Under the pieces are notes generated by a model. That model was not told the DNA's origin and searched no databases. It was given only the letters and a program-made list of their open reading frames with translations. 64,000 nt of DNA from Camelus ferus. Its lineage: Eukaryota. The position numbers and the translations under genes were made by a program. The stretch spans positions 98,396,001-98,460,000 of the forward strand of contig NC_045696.1 of the NCBI RefSeq assembly GCF_009834535.1, given 5' to 3'. Of the stretch, positions 1-13,702 are shown piece by piece; the stretch's first letter is position 1, and the number at the start of each line of letters is the position of its first letter.

Positions 1-632
1 AATAATGATGACTTTGATAAGAGTAAAGCCAAATTTTAGCTCAAGGCAACAGGCTAATTTTAATCTATTCTCCATTGCTTTAAAATAAAGAAAATCTTAT
101 AGTTAAGGATCAATTATTTTGATTTTTTTATTAATTCAGAATTAGGCATGAATTTGTGAAAATAAAGGATTGTTACTGTTTTACTAAATTTCTTCTCTGA
201 TACATTCTTGACAACTTGTCGTAATTCTTTTCTTAAAATTTTATAATAAAAAAAACTTGTCTTATTCCTTCTCTAGAAAACCCTTATTGATTACTTTTAC
301 TTAGATCAAGGGAATATCATATATAACATAAACAACAAACATTTAGATTTGTCCAGGAAATCACTCTAAGTTTTTTTTTTAATTTTATCTTTTATGTTGC
401 CAGAGAAGTGAATACTTCTGTGACTATGACTGAGAAATTTAGAAAAATAAAAAGTAATAGAAAAAAAGATCACCCATACAAAAAAACTCTGTTTAACGTA
501 TTTCCATTTTTAATATTTTTTTTTTGCAGAAAATCCAGTTCATTGTCAACTATTTCATAAACTTATCTCCCATTGGAATAAACAATGGAAAACTTCACAA
601 AGGTGAAGCTTTTTGGAGTGTGAGCCAGTACA

Positions 633-965
633 AGTAGCATGGGTTCCTTGAAAGAGGGACTGGAGTGGCCCCCTCAGAGCCATTCTGGGCAGCAGCGCCA
701 CCTGGAGTCCTCAGGATGCTGGATGGGGAGGAAGTGAAATTATTTGGAGGAGCCTATTACTTCCTTGGGTTGAGGTCTACTGGGTGTAAGGGAAAGATTG
801 CATCTAGTCAGAGGTAGCTTTAAGCACACCTTAAGGTGCAGGGAGATCTCACCAACATGAGCAGGACTGAGTAAAGAGCAGATCTTTGCTCCCTATCTCC
901 CTTCTCAAACTTACATCAGGCACCCACTGTTTGAGAGGAAGGACAGATGGAGCCTCCGAGCTACA
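633..965. mobile_element. Possible ancient solo LTR (Gypsy-like/unknown class)
   Basis: GC-richer ~330-bp island in AT-rich DNA, bounded by AGTAGC...GCTACA, close to a TGTAGC...GCTACA LTR terminal inverted repeat. Family not recognised. Confidence 0.25.
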
Positions 966-1117
966 TAAATTTAAATCATTCTCTCTCCCTGATTCTTTCC
1001 TCCTCTTTTGCATAGAGCACAGTGTTGAATTCTGAGAAGTTAAATGTTCCTATGAAATACTTTTATTACGTTGCACTTATTTTTCTTGTAGCTGTAAGCA
1101 TGTCTAGTATAAGTGCA

Positions 1118-2395
1118 TTTAGAATTATGGTAGACTTCATGGCTATATTATTACACATTTGATAATATATGGTTATCTGTCAATCCTGGAAAATCCTCCT
1201 CCAGTCTTTTATTGGCAGACCATTTAGAAAAAATATATTCAGAGTTCCTTTATTGGTTGGGCTGTTCTATTATAAGAGCTTCTAGAGTCAATATGAGTTT
1301 AGGAGATGTTGCTGGGTTATCTGAGCGCTGGGCTTTTCACCACTCTAGCCAATGTGTTTAATAGGAACGGTATGAAACATACTGGGAATTAAAAAGCCAC
1401 AAATGGCCTTAACATCTTAAAAATTCTATAATGCTAATATGGATCCAGAAAGAGTTGGAGGTACTCCTTCAGGAACTGCAGGATGACTTAAAATTCCACG
1501 CACAACTCCCTTCTAGTTTTATAGTAAATGCTAGAAACCTCATAGACCAGAGAGAGGTGTTCTGAGTATGGACCATTTGTCTAGGTGCCTCAGAAAGAAA
1601 CGGCTTTATTAAATATGGAAGTACTTTGTAATAAAACTCGGGGTAGGAGAGGAGCATAACAAGGCCAGGGTTTTATTTCATATGGAATAATATCAAGGTC
1701 ATTAGTAGCAGAAAAGTAGAAGTTTGAGACTAAAGATGCTCTTTGGAGGAAATTAATCCCTATGGTGCCAAGATGTGATTGATTTTAGGCACTTTATAAT
1801 AAAATTAGCCACAGCCTGGAGTGAAAGAACATCACCATATTTTTTTTCTCCTCTCCCTCAACTCAGAGGTCACTCCTCTGCTACCGGGGGTGGGGGGTGG
1901 TGGAAAAAAACTGCAAATGTCTGGAAAACACCTCAGATGGAAAATGTATTTGTAAGACCAAAATCAGCACTGGGGGATGGATAGTCAATGTCCTGTGGGA
2001 AAGGGTGGTACCTCACAAGAGAGAAAGGGCTGGGAAGGGTTCAGGGCTAGAATTTTGGAGGGAGGCAGACGGGAGAAAATTATGGAAACATGGAGAACAC
2101 TTGGGATAAGCCATCAGACCTTGACCCTTGTGGGGCTAAAAGGAGTTCATTTGCTAAACTAGAGGAAAGATGTTCCCTACATCAGACTCTCCAGGTTTCA
2201 AGTTCTTGCTGAGATGTTTTAGTTAAGGATAGTTTTTTAAATCTCCCTTGGGATCCAGAGTGTTACGATCTAGATAAGGAGAGGTAAAGCAAAATTTGAG
2301 CCAGAGAAAGGGAACTTTGTCCTGATCTGCCCCTCCTCCAAGACAGGTAGCGGGGAAAGGATGGTGAGGGGGAAGTTCTGGTCCTCTAGATCACA
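1118..2395 (+). mobile_element. Possible highly decayed Gypsy-like LTR-retrotransposon remnant (integrase-like fragment, possibly followed by LTR)
   Basis: Same-frame fragments FRIMVDFMA..YMVIC (from 1118) and ILGIKK (from 1379), 87 codons apart, resemble the integrase core motifs IDFxG..YILVIVD and LLGIKK. Stops are present and similarity is weak. Confidence 0.25.
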
Positions 2396-2520
2396 AAAGA
2401 AAGAAACAGAGGCCAGCTATAAACCTGGGTTAGGCATTGTGACACCAGAAAAATCTCTCTGCCTTTATTTCTCTAATGACCTATGGGAGACAGAGATGAA
2501 TTGACAACTATTAATTATTG

Positions 2521-2868
2521 TTTTTCCAGCTATATTAAGATATAATTGACAAATAAAATTGTAATATATTTAAAGTGTACAACAGGATGATTTGATATAT
2601 ATTATGCATTGTGAAAGGATTCCCACAATTGAGTTAATTAACACATCCATCATTTCATGTATTTATCTTCTTCTTCTTTTTTTTTTTTTTTTTTTTTGGT
2701 GAGAATGCTTAAGCTCTACTCTCTTAGCAAATTTCAGATATACAATACAGTATTATCAGTTATGGCCACCATGCTATACATTAGCATAGATCCTCAGACC
2801 TTACTCATCTTATAATTAGGGTGAATTAAAAATTTGTAGCCTCTCCCCATTTTCCCCACCCCAAGCCC
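2521..2868 (-). mobile_element. LINE-1 3' end, L1MA9-like, 5'-truncated
   Basis: Typical L1MA 3'UTR sequence (TATAATTGAC...CTCTTAGCAAATTTCA...CATCTTATAA). Degenerate 19-bp TSD: TGACAACTATTAATTATTG (2502-2520) / TGACAATTGTTACTTATTG (2869-2887). Confidence 0.85.
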
Positions 2869-4120
2869 TGACAATTGTTACTTATTGAGCAGATGATCAG
2901 GTGATCAAAAAGTTAATTTTGACAGAGAAGGAAGAAAAGAGGGAGCTGAAATATATTTAACAAGAACAAAAAATTCCTATCTTTATAAATGTGCTATGCA
3001 TGTGACATAGACAAAGCTCTCAGAACCCCAGGGCCAAAGGCTGTAACTAAAATGCGAACACACTTTTAAGGTAGAGAGTTTGGTAGAGCTTAAAGTGGAG
3101 GTGGGTGGGGATTTGCCTTCTTAATTGAAACTCCTATGGGAGAAGACAGAGTTTATGTTGATCTTATTGGAAGTATTCTTATTTCAAGCATAGGAAATAA
3201 AAGATTCTGTTTCGCTGGCTCCAGCTAACTTGATAATTCAATGTTAATTTGCAGATTAGACATTTTAGCAAGATAAACATTAGGCAGAGATGTTTGCTGT
3301 TGCATGGAGAGGAAATACAGTGTAGCAAATTGCATCAACACGTTCCTTACTTGCAGCAAAAGCAGATTTCAGTTTATGTGTGTGTCTTTGTGTGAACTCT
3401 TCTTTGGAAAATGGCCACTTGTAATTCCTTTTGAGCAAACTCTTAGCTCTTTTAATGTACACTCAAGATAGTTCAGTAATTAGCCTAAGATCCAGAATGC
3501 CTTTTGTTCCATTAGGTGATGATTTCAAGCTACACTGGTGCTCTCTAATGGGCACCAAAAATACCCATTTTGAATTCTGATCGACTTTGGTTTTTAATAT
3601 TGGTGCAAATAGAATCACAGAAGCCAAATTCCTCCCCACGATTGGGATACAGGGCCCCTTGTTCTTGTATCGGTTATAGGAGTGTCTCTAGTTCTCATCT
3701 TCTCATATACAAAATTTAAACATCTGTGAAAAATGTTACCCTGGCCTAAAAATGTAAATTCACTGTGAAGAATCACATACCCTAACTCATTTGTTGAGAG
3801 TGTAGTTGGACGTTTGCTTACATTTATCTCAAGGTTTTGAGAAAACGAATTCCAAGATGGATGTCATGTATTCACAGCTAGTAGACAACTGATGCATTTC
3901 TAAAAATTGACGTATTCTAGCATAGTAGAAGGCATACATAATATAGTTGAATAGTGACTATTGATAATGTAGTTCAGGAACCTCATTGTAATATAACCCA
4001 AATTTGGTACTAAATATGTATGAGTTTTTCACTGTATACAGGCTACATTGGCTATTTGAATGGGCAAAATGGGGAGATACTGATGCACTTAACAGTCATA
4101 TTCATAGTGGTGCTTGCTTG

Positions 4121-4176
4121 GTTTTTGTTTTTGTTTTTGTTTTTGTTTTTGTTTTTGTTTTTGTTTGTTTGTTTTT
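4121..4176. repeat. (GTTTTT)n microsatellite
   Basis: Direct reading; produces the FVFVFV/FLFLFL ORFs. Confidence 0.95.
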
Positions 4177-4919
4177 ACAGATATGACAAGGGCCTCCAGT
4201 AGCACATACGATGCTTTTGTGAAAATTAGAAAAGACATACCTTCTGGGTGAACAAATTATAAATCTTTATATCTATCTATTTAGATTCTGTCTAGGTAGA
4301 TGTATACATATATAAAGATGTATAGACAGATAAACAGATAAATAGATCTTTATCTGTATCCTTGGTTGGCAGTTATCATACCCCACTCGTCTCTAATCCT
4401 GAGCACAACTTTTCCAAGCTGGCTTTGCAGATGTGCTCACTTATGAGCCTTTGAGTCAGTGGCATTTTCTTCATTATACTAATGAGGAAACTGAACCTCA
4501 GTGAATAACTTTATCAAGGACACACTTTTGTAGGTGGTGTACCAAGGACTGAAAAATAAGCATGCCTCACTTCAGTATCTGTGCTAAGCAGCCCTACTCT
4601 TTAGGAAACTGATACATGAATTTAATGCCATTTTATGCCTACAGCTGAGATAACTGGCACATTAATATTCACCATCATTTTCATAATGGCACACAAATTT
4701 TCTCTTGTGATATTAACTGAAAGTTTGCCTGCATCCTCATAGAAAAGACTAATGGGATTAATTCCAATTCAGGTTCAGTGAACATTTGTTGAGTGCTAAA
4801 TGTAGCAAGTGCTAATTGATATGGGAGATAAAAAGGCAACCCAGCCAAGCAAGACCCCTTCATTAAGCAAGTTCCACTCATGCAGCCAGCAAAGAGAGAA
4901 ACGAAGGACTGAGTCTGTT

Positions 4920-5513
4920 TGTGGCAGATTTTGTTTGCCAGAGATGGCCACACCATATGAGCTGTTGTACGTGCTCCTTTACAACGCAAACTTGCTACTC
5001 CTCCATTCAAAGGCAGAGTTTTATTCCCCTTTCTTGAATCTGGTTGGGCTTTGAGTCTGCTTTGACTGATAGAGTACAGCAGAAGTGAGTCTCTTGAGGC
5101 TGAGTTGTACGAAGTTAAGTGGCTTTTACTTTATTCACTGGACACTATTGGATTCTTGGATTCTTCAGCTGCCAGGTAAGAGATCCAGCAACCCTGTAAG
5201 ATGGCCATGTGGCAAGGAAGTCAGGCCATGTAGAGAGAGCTCTTGTAGGTACTCTTGTTGACAGTTGCAGTATATGTCATCCTAGCTCAGGTGCCAGCTA
5301 GGCTGAGATAAGGATGCTCTAGATGATTTCAGTCCTCAGCCATCCTGACTCCCTAGCCTTAGATTCTTCATGTCCCCAGACATAGAGCAGAGATATACCA
5401 TCCCGGAGGAATCTTGCCCACACCTACAGGATCCATTAGCATAAGAAACTAGTTGTTACTTTATGCCATTAAATTTTGGGCTGATTTGTTATGCAGCAAT
5501 AGTAACAGAAACA
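4920..5513 (+). mobile_element. MaLR solo LTR, MLT1G-like
   Basis: Starts TGTGGCAGATT...AGATGGCCAC and ends TTTGTTATGCAGCAATAGTAACAGAAACA, characteristic MLT1 termini. Confidence 0.8.
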
Positions 5514-8500
5514 TCATTCTTCTGAGATAAGGCTGGGGTTGTGTGAGGCAGGGGAGTACTGTCAGGGTCTGCATACAGAGGTCCATTTTTTCGCCTGTAG
5601 CTTTATCTAACACTTTTTATAAAGGGGAAACAAGACCTTGGAAGATAAGTAAACCAATCTATATAAAGGTCATTTTCCCAAGTGGTTTCTAACTTTAGAA
5701 ATACTATAATAGTATTTTATCAAATTGAACCAAAATATATATAAAATGTTCTAAAGGAAGGAGTACAGTATGTTTCAAGACAAATGAACATTAAAAAAAA
5801 TTTCCCGAGACACTGTCTCCTTGATGTGGTTTCAGATGCTAACAGGAGATGAGGAAGTGCTGTCATTACTTTTATTATATATTATTTGGTGCCTGAGCTA
5901 TATTTTATCCAAGATAGAAAAACCTCTATTGCTGCCCTCAGGGCATACAGTTTAAATCAGAGAGACATTATAAGTGTCTCTGACAGAACACAGAGTGTTC
6001 TGGTTTCTTTATGCTGATTTGGAAGTTTTCAAATAACCTAATCACCACACTGTAAAGATACCAAGTGAAATGGAAAGCAATGACAGAACTCTCTCCAGAG
6101 TTTCAAGTCTTTATTTCAACAGGATAATTTCCTATTTTCAGTTCTTCATAAAAGAAGCCAATTGGATGCTCCATAATAGTTATAAGAATTACAAGATGCC
6201 GAGTTCAGTGATGTGCAGAGAATAGTTTAAATGAATATTAAAAAAAGATACATCTTTGGAATTTGGCTATACATCTGTTAACAAAATAAAAACAAAACCT
6301 ACTAATTAGATGCAAGGACAATCTGAATTAGGAATAAGTCTGAATCACACATTGTGATAAGGAAATGTGATTTTATTACCTCACAATGAAGTAAAATAAC
6401 TTCTGCCGTTAGAAAGCTGTTTCTAACTACAAGTTCCGCATGGCTATTTTTTTACTAAATGGATAATTTACAACTTGCATCATTGATCAACTGACCCCAC
6501 CATCCCCCTTATTTGCTGAGAACTTGCCTTTGCTAAGAACTCATACATACCGCAAGTATCAACCATCTTATGTAGTTCCTAGCCTAGGGGGTGTGGAGAA
6601 TTCTAGCCAAAACAAAGGTAGCCGTCTTGCTCTCCAGGAGCTTAAATTCTGATCGGGAAGTTATTTATAAGAAACAGCTAAGAATGCAAAATGGTTTATA
6701 ATTCTACCTTATGCTACAGGAATTCTGAGAGAAGTCAGATCCAAGGAATTGCTAAAGATTTCTTGAACAATATTGCCTTGACTATAGTAGAAGAGTGGAA
6801 ATTACTTAAATTTTTAAAGACAAGGAACTCTATTTGGACAATAAGACATGAAAGTCTTAATTTGATTTGCTTTCTATATTGTAATAGTTTGATTAAAAAA
6901 CTTTTTTCTGGTTGTAAAAAGGTAAAGCTTGGTTCAGACTAGCATCTAAATCTAGATGACTTAATTAGCGCCACCTCAATGAGATTTTAAAATTTTTAAC
7001 TTTTAAAATAATCACTTGCATGTGCACACACACACCCTATATAAATATGAATGCTAAATCAAAATATCAAAGAAAGTAAACTATCAATGCTAAGGGTCAC
7101 CAGTTATTGGCTATAGGGTTGACTTGAATTACTAGTGAATTTGAAGGCTTTCTCTGAGACATAATATTGGGGAGAAATAACAGACTTAGACTCAAAAGAC
7201 ATGAATTTGTGTCCTCTTGCTACTCGCTACCAGTTTTTTGTTGAGGAAGCCATTTAAACATCTGTAAATCAGTTTGAGTTAATAAGGAGTCTCAATCACA
7301 CTTAAGATAGAGAAAAGCATTTTTAAAAATTTATTTACTATAAATAAATATATACATATAAATAAAATAATTTTAGCCCTTAGAAAGTGATTTTCAGGTA
7401 GAAGTTGGAAGACCTCTAAATTAAAGTTTCCTCATCTACAAAACAGACCCAGTGATACCCACTTCATGGAGTTTTGTGGGGATTAAATGAGATGGAAGTG
7501 AATGAGAGAATTTTAAGAGGAAATTTGATACACAAACTAAAGGCTATCATTATGATTCTCTAATTTTGTTTTTCTAAAGGCATTCAGAAAAAAGAATCAA
7601 CCTTATTCTGCAAATAAGGATTCTTTTCTGGAAGTAGTATCAAACCAATAGAGATGTACCGATCAACTGCAGTGCTGCCCTCCTTCCTAGTCTGGAGAGC
7701 CCTATGACGATAATAGCATATCTTGATGTGTGATACTGACAATTTAACAGTTTTGAGCATCTGACTTAAAATGGGCTTTAGGTTGAAATAAAGTGTAGAG
7801 TAATCGTTTGTTTATCTAACATGATTTCTAACCATCTAGTTTGGCAGTCCTTTCCCCCAAAAAGCTATGAAAGAGTTTAGTTTTCATAGTAGTTGCTAGT
7901 AGGTGTATGAGAAGGAGAAAAAGCAAAGAACAAAACTTAACGCTTAAGGAAAATGTAACCGCGTCTTTTGGAGCATTTACAGAAGTCAAGCAGTCTGAGT
8001 TTCCTCCAAGGACCCTCAGGCCCACTGGGTGAAAGAGTTTACTGTGTCCTGCGTCATCATAACTGGCTTGTAACTCCCTGTTTCCCTTTCTTCCCGGGCG
8101 TTCGCTAAGGAACTTCTAGTAGTGGCCCTGGGCTTCCTCACTGATATTCACATCAGGATTTTACCTAGGGTGTTCCAAAAAGTACATGGAGTTTCAGGTT
8201 CTTCCTTGGATCTTGCTCATACCAATCCTCTACAATCCTAAAGAGTAAATTTATTCTTATGTAGATAGCTGCCCAGTGAGTACAGGAGAAAGTTTAACCT
8301 TCCTTGTAACCTGGACCCAGTCTACCTTTTAGCGTTCTTTGTTACCACTCTGTCATCCCCGCTCAGCGCTCTCCCTGTAGAGAACTGTCAGCTTCACCCA
8401 CCTCTGCCGTGCTCTTGCTTTCATGCTTGGATAAAGCTCTCCACCAGGAATGCCCATTTTCTCTCGTCTCTACAAATAAATGTCTGCTCATCTTCTGTTC

Positions 8501-8950
8501 TAAAGCTGCCCCCAACCCCCTTATAAAGTCTTCTTCACTTACCCTAAGACAAGATCAGTTATAAGCATGTCATAGAACATTGTATAAGCTTCTGTTAGAG
8601 CAGTTATTTCAATATCTATTCATTTACAAATTACTTTTTCTATTTTACTCAATAGAATGTAAGCATCTTGAGGGTAGAACTCTGTTTCATAAATTCTTAA
8701 CTTCTCTTCTGTGACTTGGCACCAGTTATGTGCTAGATATTTCCTAAATGTTAAATGAAGATATTTTAAATTTTATACTGAATTTGGCAAAAAGAGAAAA
8801 TATGCTCACTCTTTACTAGCAAAATGAAAAAGGCACTTACACTTCCTCTGTATAACATATGGGGACATGTATATGAACAGACTGTTAAAATCATAAGGCA
8901 TAGCACAAATGTCAGGTGTCTTTTGTTGACTTGATCCATTCATTCATGGA

Positions 8951-9285
8951 GAAGCAGTGAAATGTAGCAGCTAAATGTATGAAAACTCTCTGCTGACTGC
9001 CTGGTTTGGAATCCTGGCTGCATCACTTACTAGCTGTGCACTCTTGGGCAAGATAGTTAAAATCTCTATGCCTCAGTTTCCTTGACTATAAAATGGGACT
9101 AGTTTCCTTGCTAGTTGTAGCATGGATGTAGAAAAAAAAAGACAACTAAATGGTGTTTAGAGTACAACTCTATCTGATAGGGTTGTTGTGAGTATTAAAG
9201 TGGGATAATACAAGCAAAAATACTTACACAGAACTTGCACATATATACCAAGTACTATATAAGGGCAAGCAATTGGTAATTCATT
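8951..9285 (+). mobile_element. MIR SINE (with a short internal insertion ~9101-9165)
   Basis: MIR core: ACTGCCTGGTTTGGAATCCTGGCT...CACTTACTAGCTGTG...TGCCTCAGTTTCCT...ATAGGGTTGTTGTGAG. Confidence 0.8.
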
Positions 9286-9294
9286 GAACATGTG

Positions 9295-9810
9295 GAGTAT
9301 TCATTAACAAAAATTTTTATCAAATGTCTGCTATGTGCTGGCACTGTCTACATAAAACAAACCAATAAATAAAATATGACATATGCTATGGAGGAAATTA
9401 GAACAGGGAAGGGGCAGAGGAAGGGAGGGATTGGTGTTTCAAACAGGATGGTCAGGAAAAGCCTCCACTGAAAATCCCAAGTATAGCTAAGGAAAGATTG
9501 CTCTAGATGGGGGAATAGCAAATGCACAGGCCCCAGCCAGGAAGATGGTGGAGTGTTTGAGGAATGGCTATGGTCAGCGTGGCTCAGACAGAGTGGCCAG
9601 GAGGAGAGTAATAAGGGATAAAGGCACAGAGGGGCCAGAGGCTGGATCCTGAAGGATGTGGTGGCCTTGCCTTTTACCTTGGCTGGTTGTTTTGGGGGCA
9701 AGGAGAGATGTGAGCTCTTAAATTTAAAAGGCTTGCAACAGATTTGAGGACAGGTTGGAGCAGGAAGACTAGATATGAGACTATTGCACTAATTCAGACT
9801 TTGGTGATAA
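9295..9810 (-). mobile_element. LINE-2 3' fragment
   Basis: ATTCATTAACAAAAATTTTTATCAAATGTCTGCTATGTGCTGGCACTG and downstream GGTCAGGAAAAGCCTC... match the antisense L2 3' end. Confidence 0.7.
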
Positions 9811-12654
9811 TAATTATTTTCTGCTATTTTAAAACAAAAATGCCTAATGAACAAACATTGTTGTACGTTTGTTAACCTTTTTTCACTATTTTTTCACTTG
9901 AGATAATACATCAGAATCATATTTGGTATTAAAATACTCATTCCTTTTATTTCTAGTCTTAATGATTAAGAATTGTTTACTTACTTTCACATTTTTGGAT
10001 TTTTCACTGTGATGTTCTGCATGAAGTTTAAACAAGAAACCAAATGCTGTAACAGTTGTCTATCATCCCATCATCCCACACTCATCAAATACCAGGCATG
10101 TTCTAAATGGCTTATAGTAACTAGATTTTACTGTAAATTTAGGTTGGAAAAGAAATACTTTTTATCACTTGTATCCCTTTTTATTTTGTATTTCTTTTGA
10201 TAAGGAACTCATTTCTTCTTCTACAACAAAGCTACCACCTTTTAATATCTTTTCTTCATCTTTTTCGTTCACACTCTCTCTTACCACCTGTCTCACCCTC
10301 TTTTCTCTCCTTTTCACTCTGTCTTCTCTCTTGACTGTCCCCCATCCCCGAATGTGCCTACTGATGACTATTTCCATTTGTCTTCAATGAATTTTCCTTC
10401 AGTGAGTTTTCCACATTGATATATTATCATTCTTTATATTCAGATTTTACTTTTTTTTAATTTCCTAAAACTAGTTTAAATCTCAGGTGCCAAAATAATT
10501 TCTTGATATGCCCCATGTAAATATTCACAAATAGGTCTGTAGGTTCTCTTCACTGCGTATTGCTCAGTAACAAGAAATATTAAATGATGGTTACTCTGCT
10601 GAAGCGTTGACCTTTCGGATGATCAGTGACAAATAACTCTCAATGAACTTTGTACATTGTTGTTTATTTGGACTGTGAATTCTAGTTCAATCATGAGAAA
10701 TGTTTATTTTCCCACCCGAGTGTGTATAGTTATGCTAAAATACTTCATTTCTATTTGTTTTTAAAACCTGAGCTGCTGAATAGAGGACAAAAAAGGTAAA
10801 ATGGATGTAAAGTTATTGTTGTAAAGCCTCTGGAAAAAAGTAATATGAAGAGAAAGATTAAAAATTAAAAAAGAATGTCAGCATGAGTTAACCTAACTTA
10901 ACGAACTGAGACCGAGAGTTCACAGATGACTAATTCTGGGGACAGATATTTACAAAAGCCAGCTGGTGTTGGGTTAAATGTCTAGGCAGAATGAAGGCGG
11001 GATGTCCAGAACATCTTGTTGACTTTGTCTTCTATTACCACAGACAGCAACATCTCAAGTAGTTGTGTAAAATGGGGCTGGCTTCAGAGGCCTGCGATCC
11101 TGATTAGCAATTACAGCAACTGAAGTAAAGCAAAACCCCATCGTAGGCTGGCCTCCTTGATTACACAGAGGATCCTGTAAGAACCCAATTAAGTACCTGA
11201 TGTTAGGTGAGGGAGATGAGGATAAAAATAGAAGAATGAACAGTCTAACATGAGAACCACTCACTCGAAGTGATCGAGATGTACTGAGTTCATCTGTATT
11301 TCCAAATAGATACACTTGTTTACCTGCTTTTATACCACAGTTCCTTGAAAAAATCTTGTTTCAGATACAACATATCCTTCTTTGACCTGAGGAAAGCTTA
11401 CTCTCATTTGAATTTTCCTATTCAAAACAACTGTTTTAAAGTGAGAGATTTGACAAAGATGCTTCGATTACAAGTGATTTTGTGTTTCCCAAGATATGTG
11501 AGGAAAAGTTAAAATACTTGGCAGAATGGTTGGGAAATTTAAAATCGGTTAGGTTACTGTTGGTTGTGTTTACTTCCATCAGTGCAGATACAGTAAGCCA
11601 ATGGCTCGGTTAAGTTCTAGTGCTGTTTCTGGTTCCCATTGCTTTAGCTAAAGCAGCAGTCAGGTTTTAATAAGGTTGTTGAGTAGCTTCAGGCAAGAAT
11701 TTTTCATTAAAATATTCTGTATCAGTGTGTTTGCATGTGGGAGATGGATAGGTAGGTAGTGGTCGAGTCTGCTGAAACCCAAATCAGACAAAGGGAGAAA
11801 CAGAACTTTTCCAAAGCAATAAACCCCCCAAACTACCGACATTTCCCTGTGAGCAATGTGGAACATTTTCCCTGAACGAGAAAGGAAGACATTTTTATTT
11901 TACACCAGAGAATTTCATCTTCTCTAACATTCGGAATTACTGATCTGGGACCTTGAAGCAATTACTGAACATCTTACAAATATATATCGTTAGCCCAGAC
12001 TTCTTTCCTTCACTCCAGGGGTGCATTTCCAACTTTCCTGGGAGTCCTTTCCCTAGATATTTCACGAGCACTCCAAACTCAGCCTGTCAGAAGTGGAACC
12101 ACTCTTTTATGCCTCAAATTGGATTCTCCTACTCTATTTTCTCTCTCCATTATGGTGCCACCAATCACCCAAGCCAGAATACTTAGCATCTTTGGTTGAT
12201 AGCTTTATATCACTCTCCACATCCTATTGATCACCAAGTTCCATGCATGTTTACTTGTATTGTGTTTAAAAACTGGCCATTTTCCTGCATTGTTCTTATT
12301 TTCCTGTGCAAGGTGTTCAATTGCTGACAGGTATTTTTTGAGTACTTTCTATGTGTCAGGCATAGTGGAGGTCACTGGGGATACAGGATTGAAGAAGACA
12401 AAGCCTGAATTCAAGCACATGAACAAAGAAATATTGTAATCTTTCTCCCTTCCAAGCAGTCCTCCTCACTGGTGCCCTGGAGATCACTCTAAAATATGGA
12501 TCCAGTACTTTGGCTTGAAATTGGTTTTTCATCCCATGAGATAAAACCAATCTCTATGCAAAGCTCTGAAAGACCAGGGTTCCTGCCCAGATTTCTAGTT
12601 TTGCCTTCCCTTATTATCCTCCTCTCCTCTCTCACAATTTATGTTACAACCACA

Positions 12655-12757
12655 CTAAATGTAACCACCCGCAATTCAAGAGAGTATTGTCATTACCTTG
12701 TAAATTTCTTCTGCTCACTCCTTCCTATAGCAAATGCTTCCCTCCTACCTGGACAAC
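12655..12757 (-). mobile_element. Old LINE-1 (L1ME-like) 3' region, left part, interrupted by the MED15 fragment
   Basis: ATGTAACCACCCGCAATTCAAG...CCCTCCTACCTGGACAAC matches the L1ME 3' consensus up to the GGTAACCACT motif. Confidence 0.6.
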
Positions 12758-13702
12758 AGACAACACAGTAACGCACATAGAAAGGGGGAACTCATTGCCA
12801 GGAGCCCTCACTCTCTGCAGGCGGAGGACGACATCCTGCCCTGAGCACGGGCCCCAGCGCTTCACCAGTGGGCCTGGGGCCAGACACAGGACCCACCCAG
12901 ACGCCCTGCTCCCCGGGCATCCCCACAGGGCTGAGTGGCCCCGTGGGGTATGAGGCCCAACCACTGGCAGGGGACTCACAGCCCAGGCCGACCTTCCCTC
13001 CAGCAGATCCTGGAGCTACCCTGTGGTGTGCCCCACATGCTGACGGTGGCATGGACTGAACCCAAAACTGATCAGAGGATCCTGTGTGTGTTTTAAGGAT
13101 TTCCTATGTTTGGCGTGTTCCCCCACAGAAACGTAGAAGGGTTTTCTGGTGCACATAGAGGCTCCAACAAGACCTCAGTCTCCACTCTGTGCTGCTGAGG
13201 GGGAACACGGGCCCTGCAGAGGCCACGGGGACAGCAGCCCGAGGAGCACAGGGCCTGGGCCATGTCCGACTCCTGGGGGCCCCGCCCCACACCTCCACAA
13301 TCAGCCGCCTGTCCTGTTCTGTCCAAGTGTGGGAAATGCCTGGCAGGTCCCCAAGGCAGAAGATAAAAGCAGGAAAGCTAACCTAAGCCCAGGCTCTCTA
13401 AGGAAGCCAGCATCTAGAAACGTCCAACACGTGGCCCTGACAAGGCTGCCGGCCGCCCTGATGTCCCCGGTGGGTGGGTGGGCAGCCCGAGATGCAGCAG
13501 TGGTGGTGGCTAGGCAGCTGAGAGGCAGGCCTGGTGGGTACTCTGGGCCCAGGTGTTGAGCAGGGCCGTAACCGAGTGCTTTTCAGGGAGCTGCAGCAGC
13601 CTGGAGGTCATGCACCGGTGCACCGACTGCAGGAAGGGGTTGGCGTCATACTGCCACTGTCGGTCAACCCAAAGCGGGCTCTGCGCAGGGTAGTCAGCAG
13701 GC
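12758..13702 (-). pseudogene. MED15: MED15 (Mediator subunit 15 / ARC105) processed pseudogene fragment: last 63 codons (13510-13701) plus ~750 nt of 3'UTR
   Basis: Minus strand 13701->13510 translates to PADYPAQSPLWVDRQWQYDANPFLQSVHRCMTSRLLQLPEKHSVTALLNTWAQSTHQACLSAA*, the MED15 C-terminus. It is a sharp GC/CpG-rich island in AT-rich DNA. The ORF track misses it (no upstream start). Confidence 0.93.

Noticed and set aside
530..602. Exon-like segment after a T-run acceptor (TTTTGCAG|AAAATCC...CAAAG|GTGAAG)
   Set aside because: Weak donor, no recognisable peptide in either open frame, and T-runs create chance acceptors.
3255..3400. Open frame IRHFSKINIRQRCLLLHGEEIQ... after TTTGCAG
   Set aside because: No clear donor and no recognisable homology.
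10165..10440. K/E/R-rich minus-strand ORF (70 aa)
   Set aside because: Explained by purine-rich composition; no splice context or known protein match.
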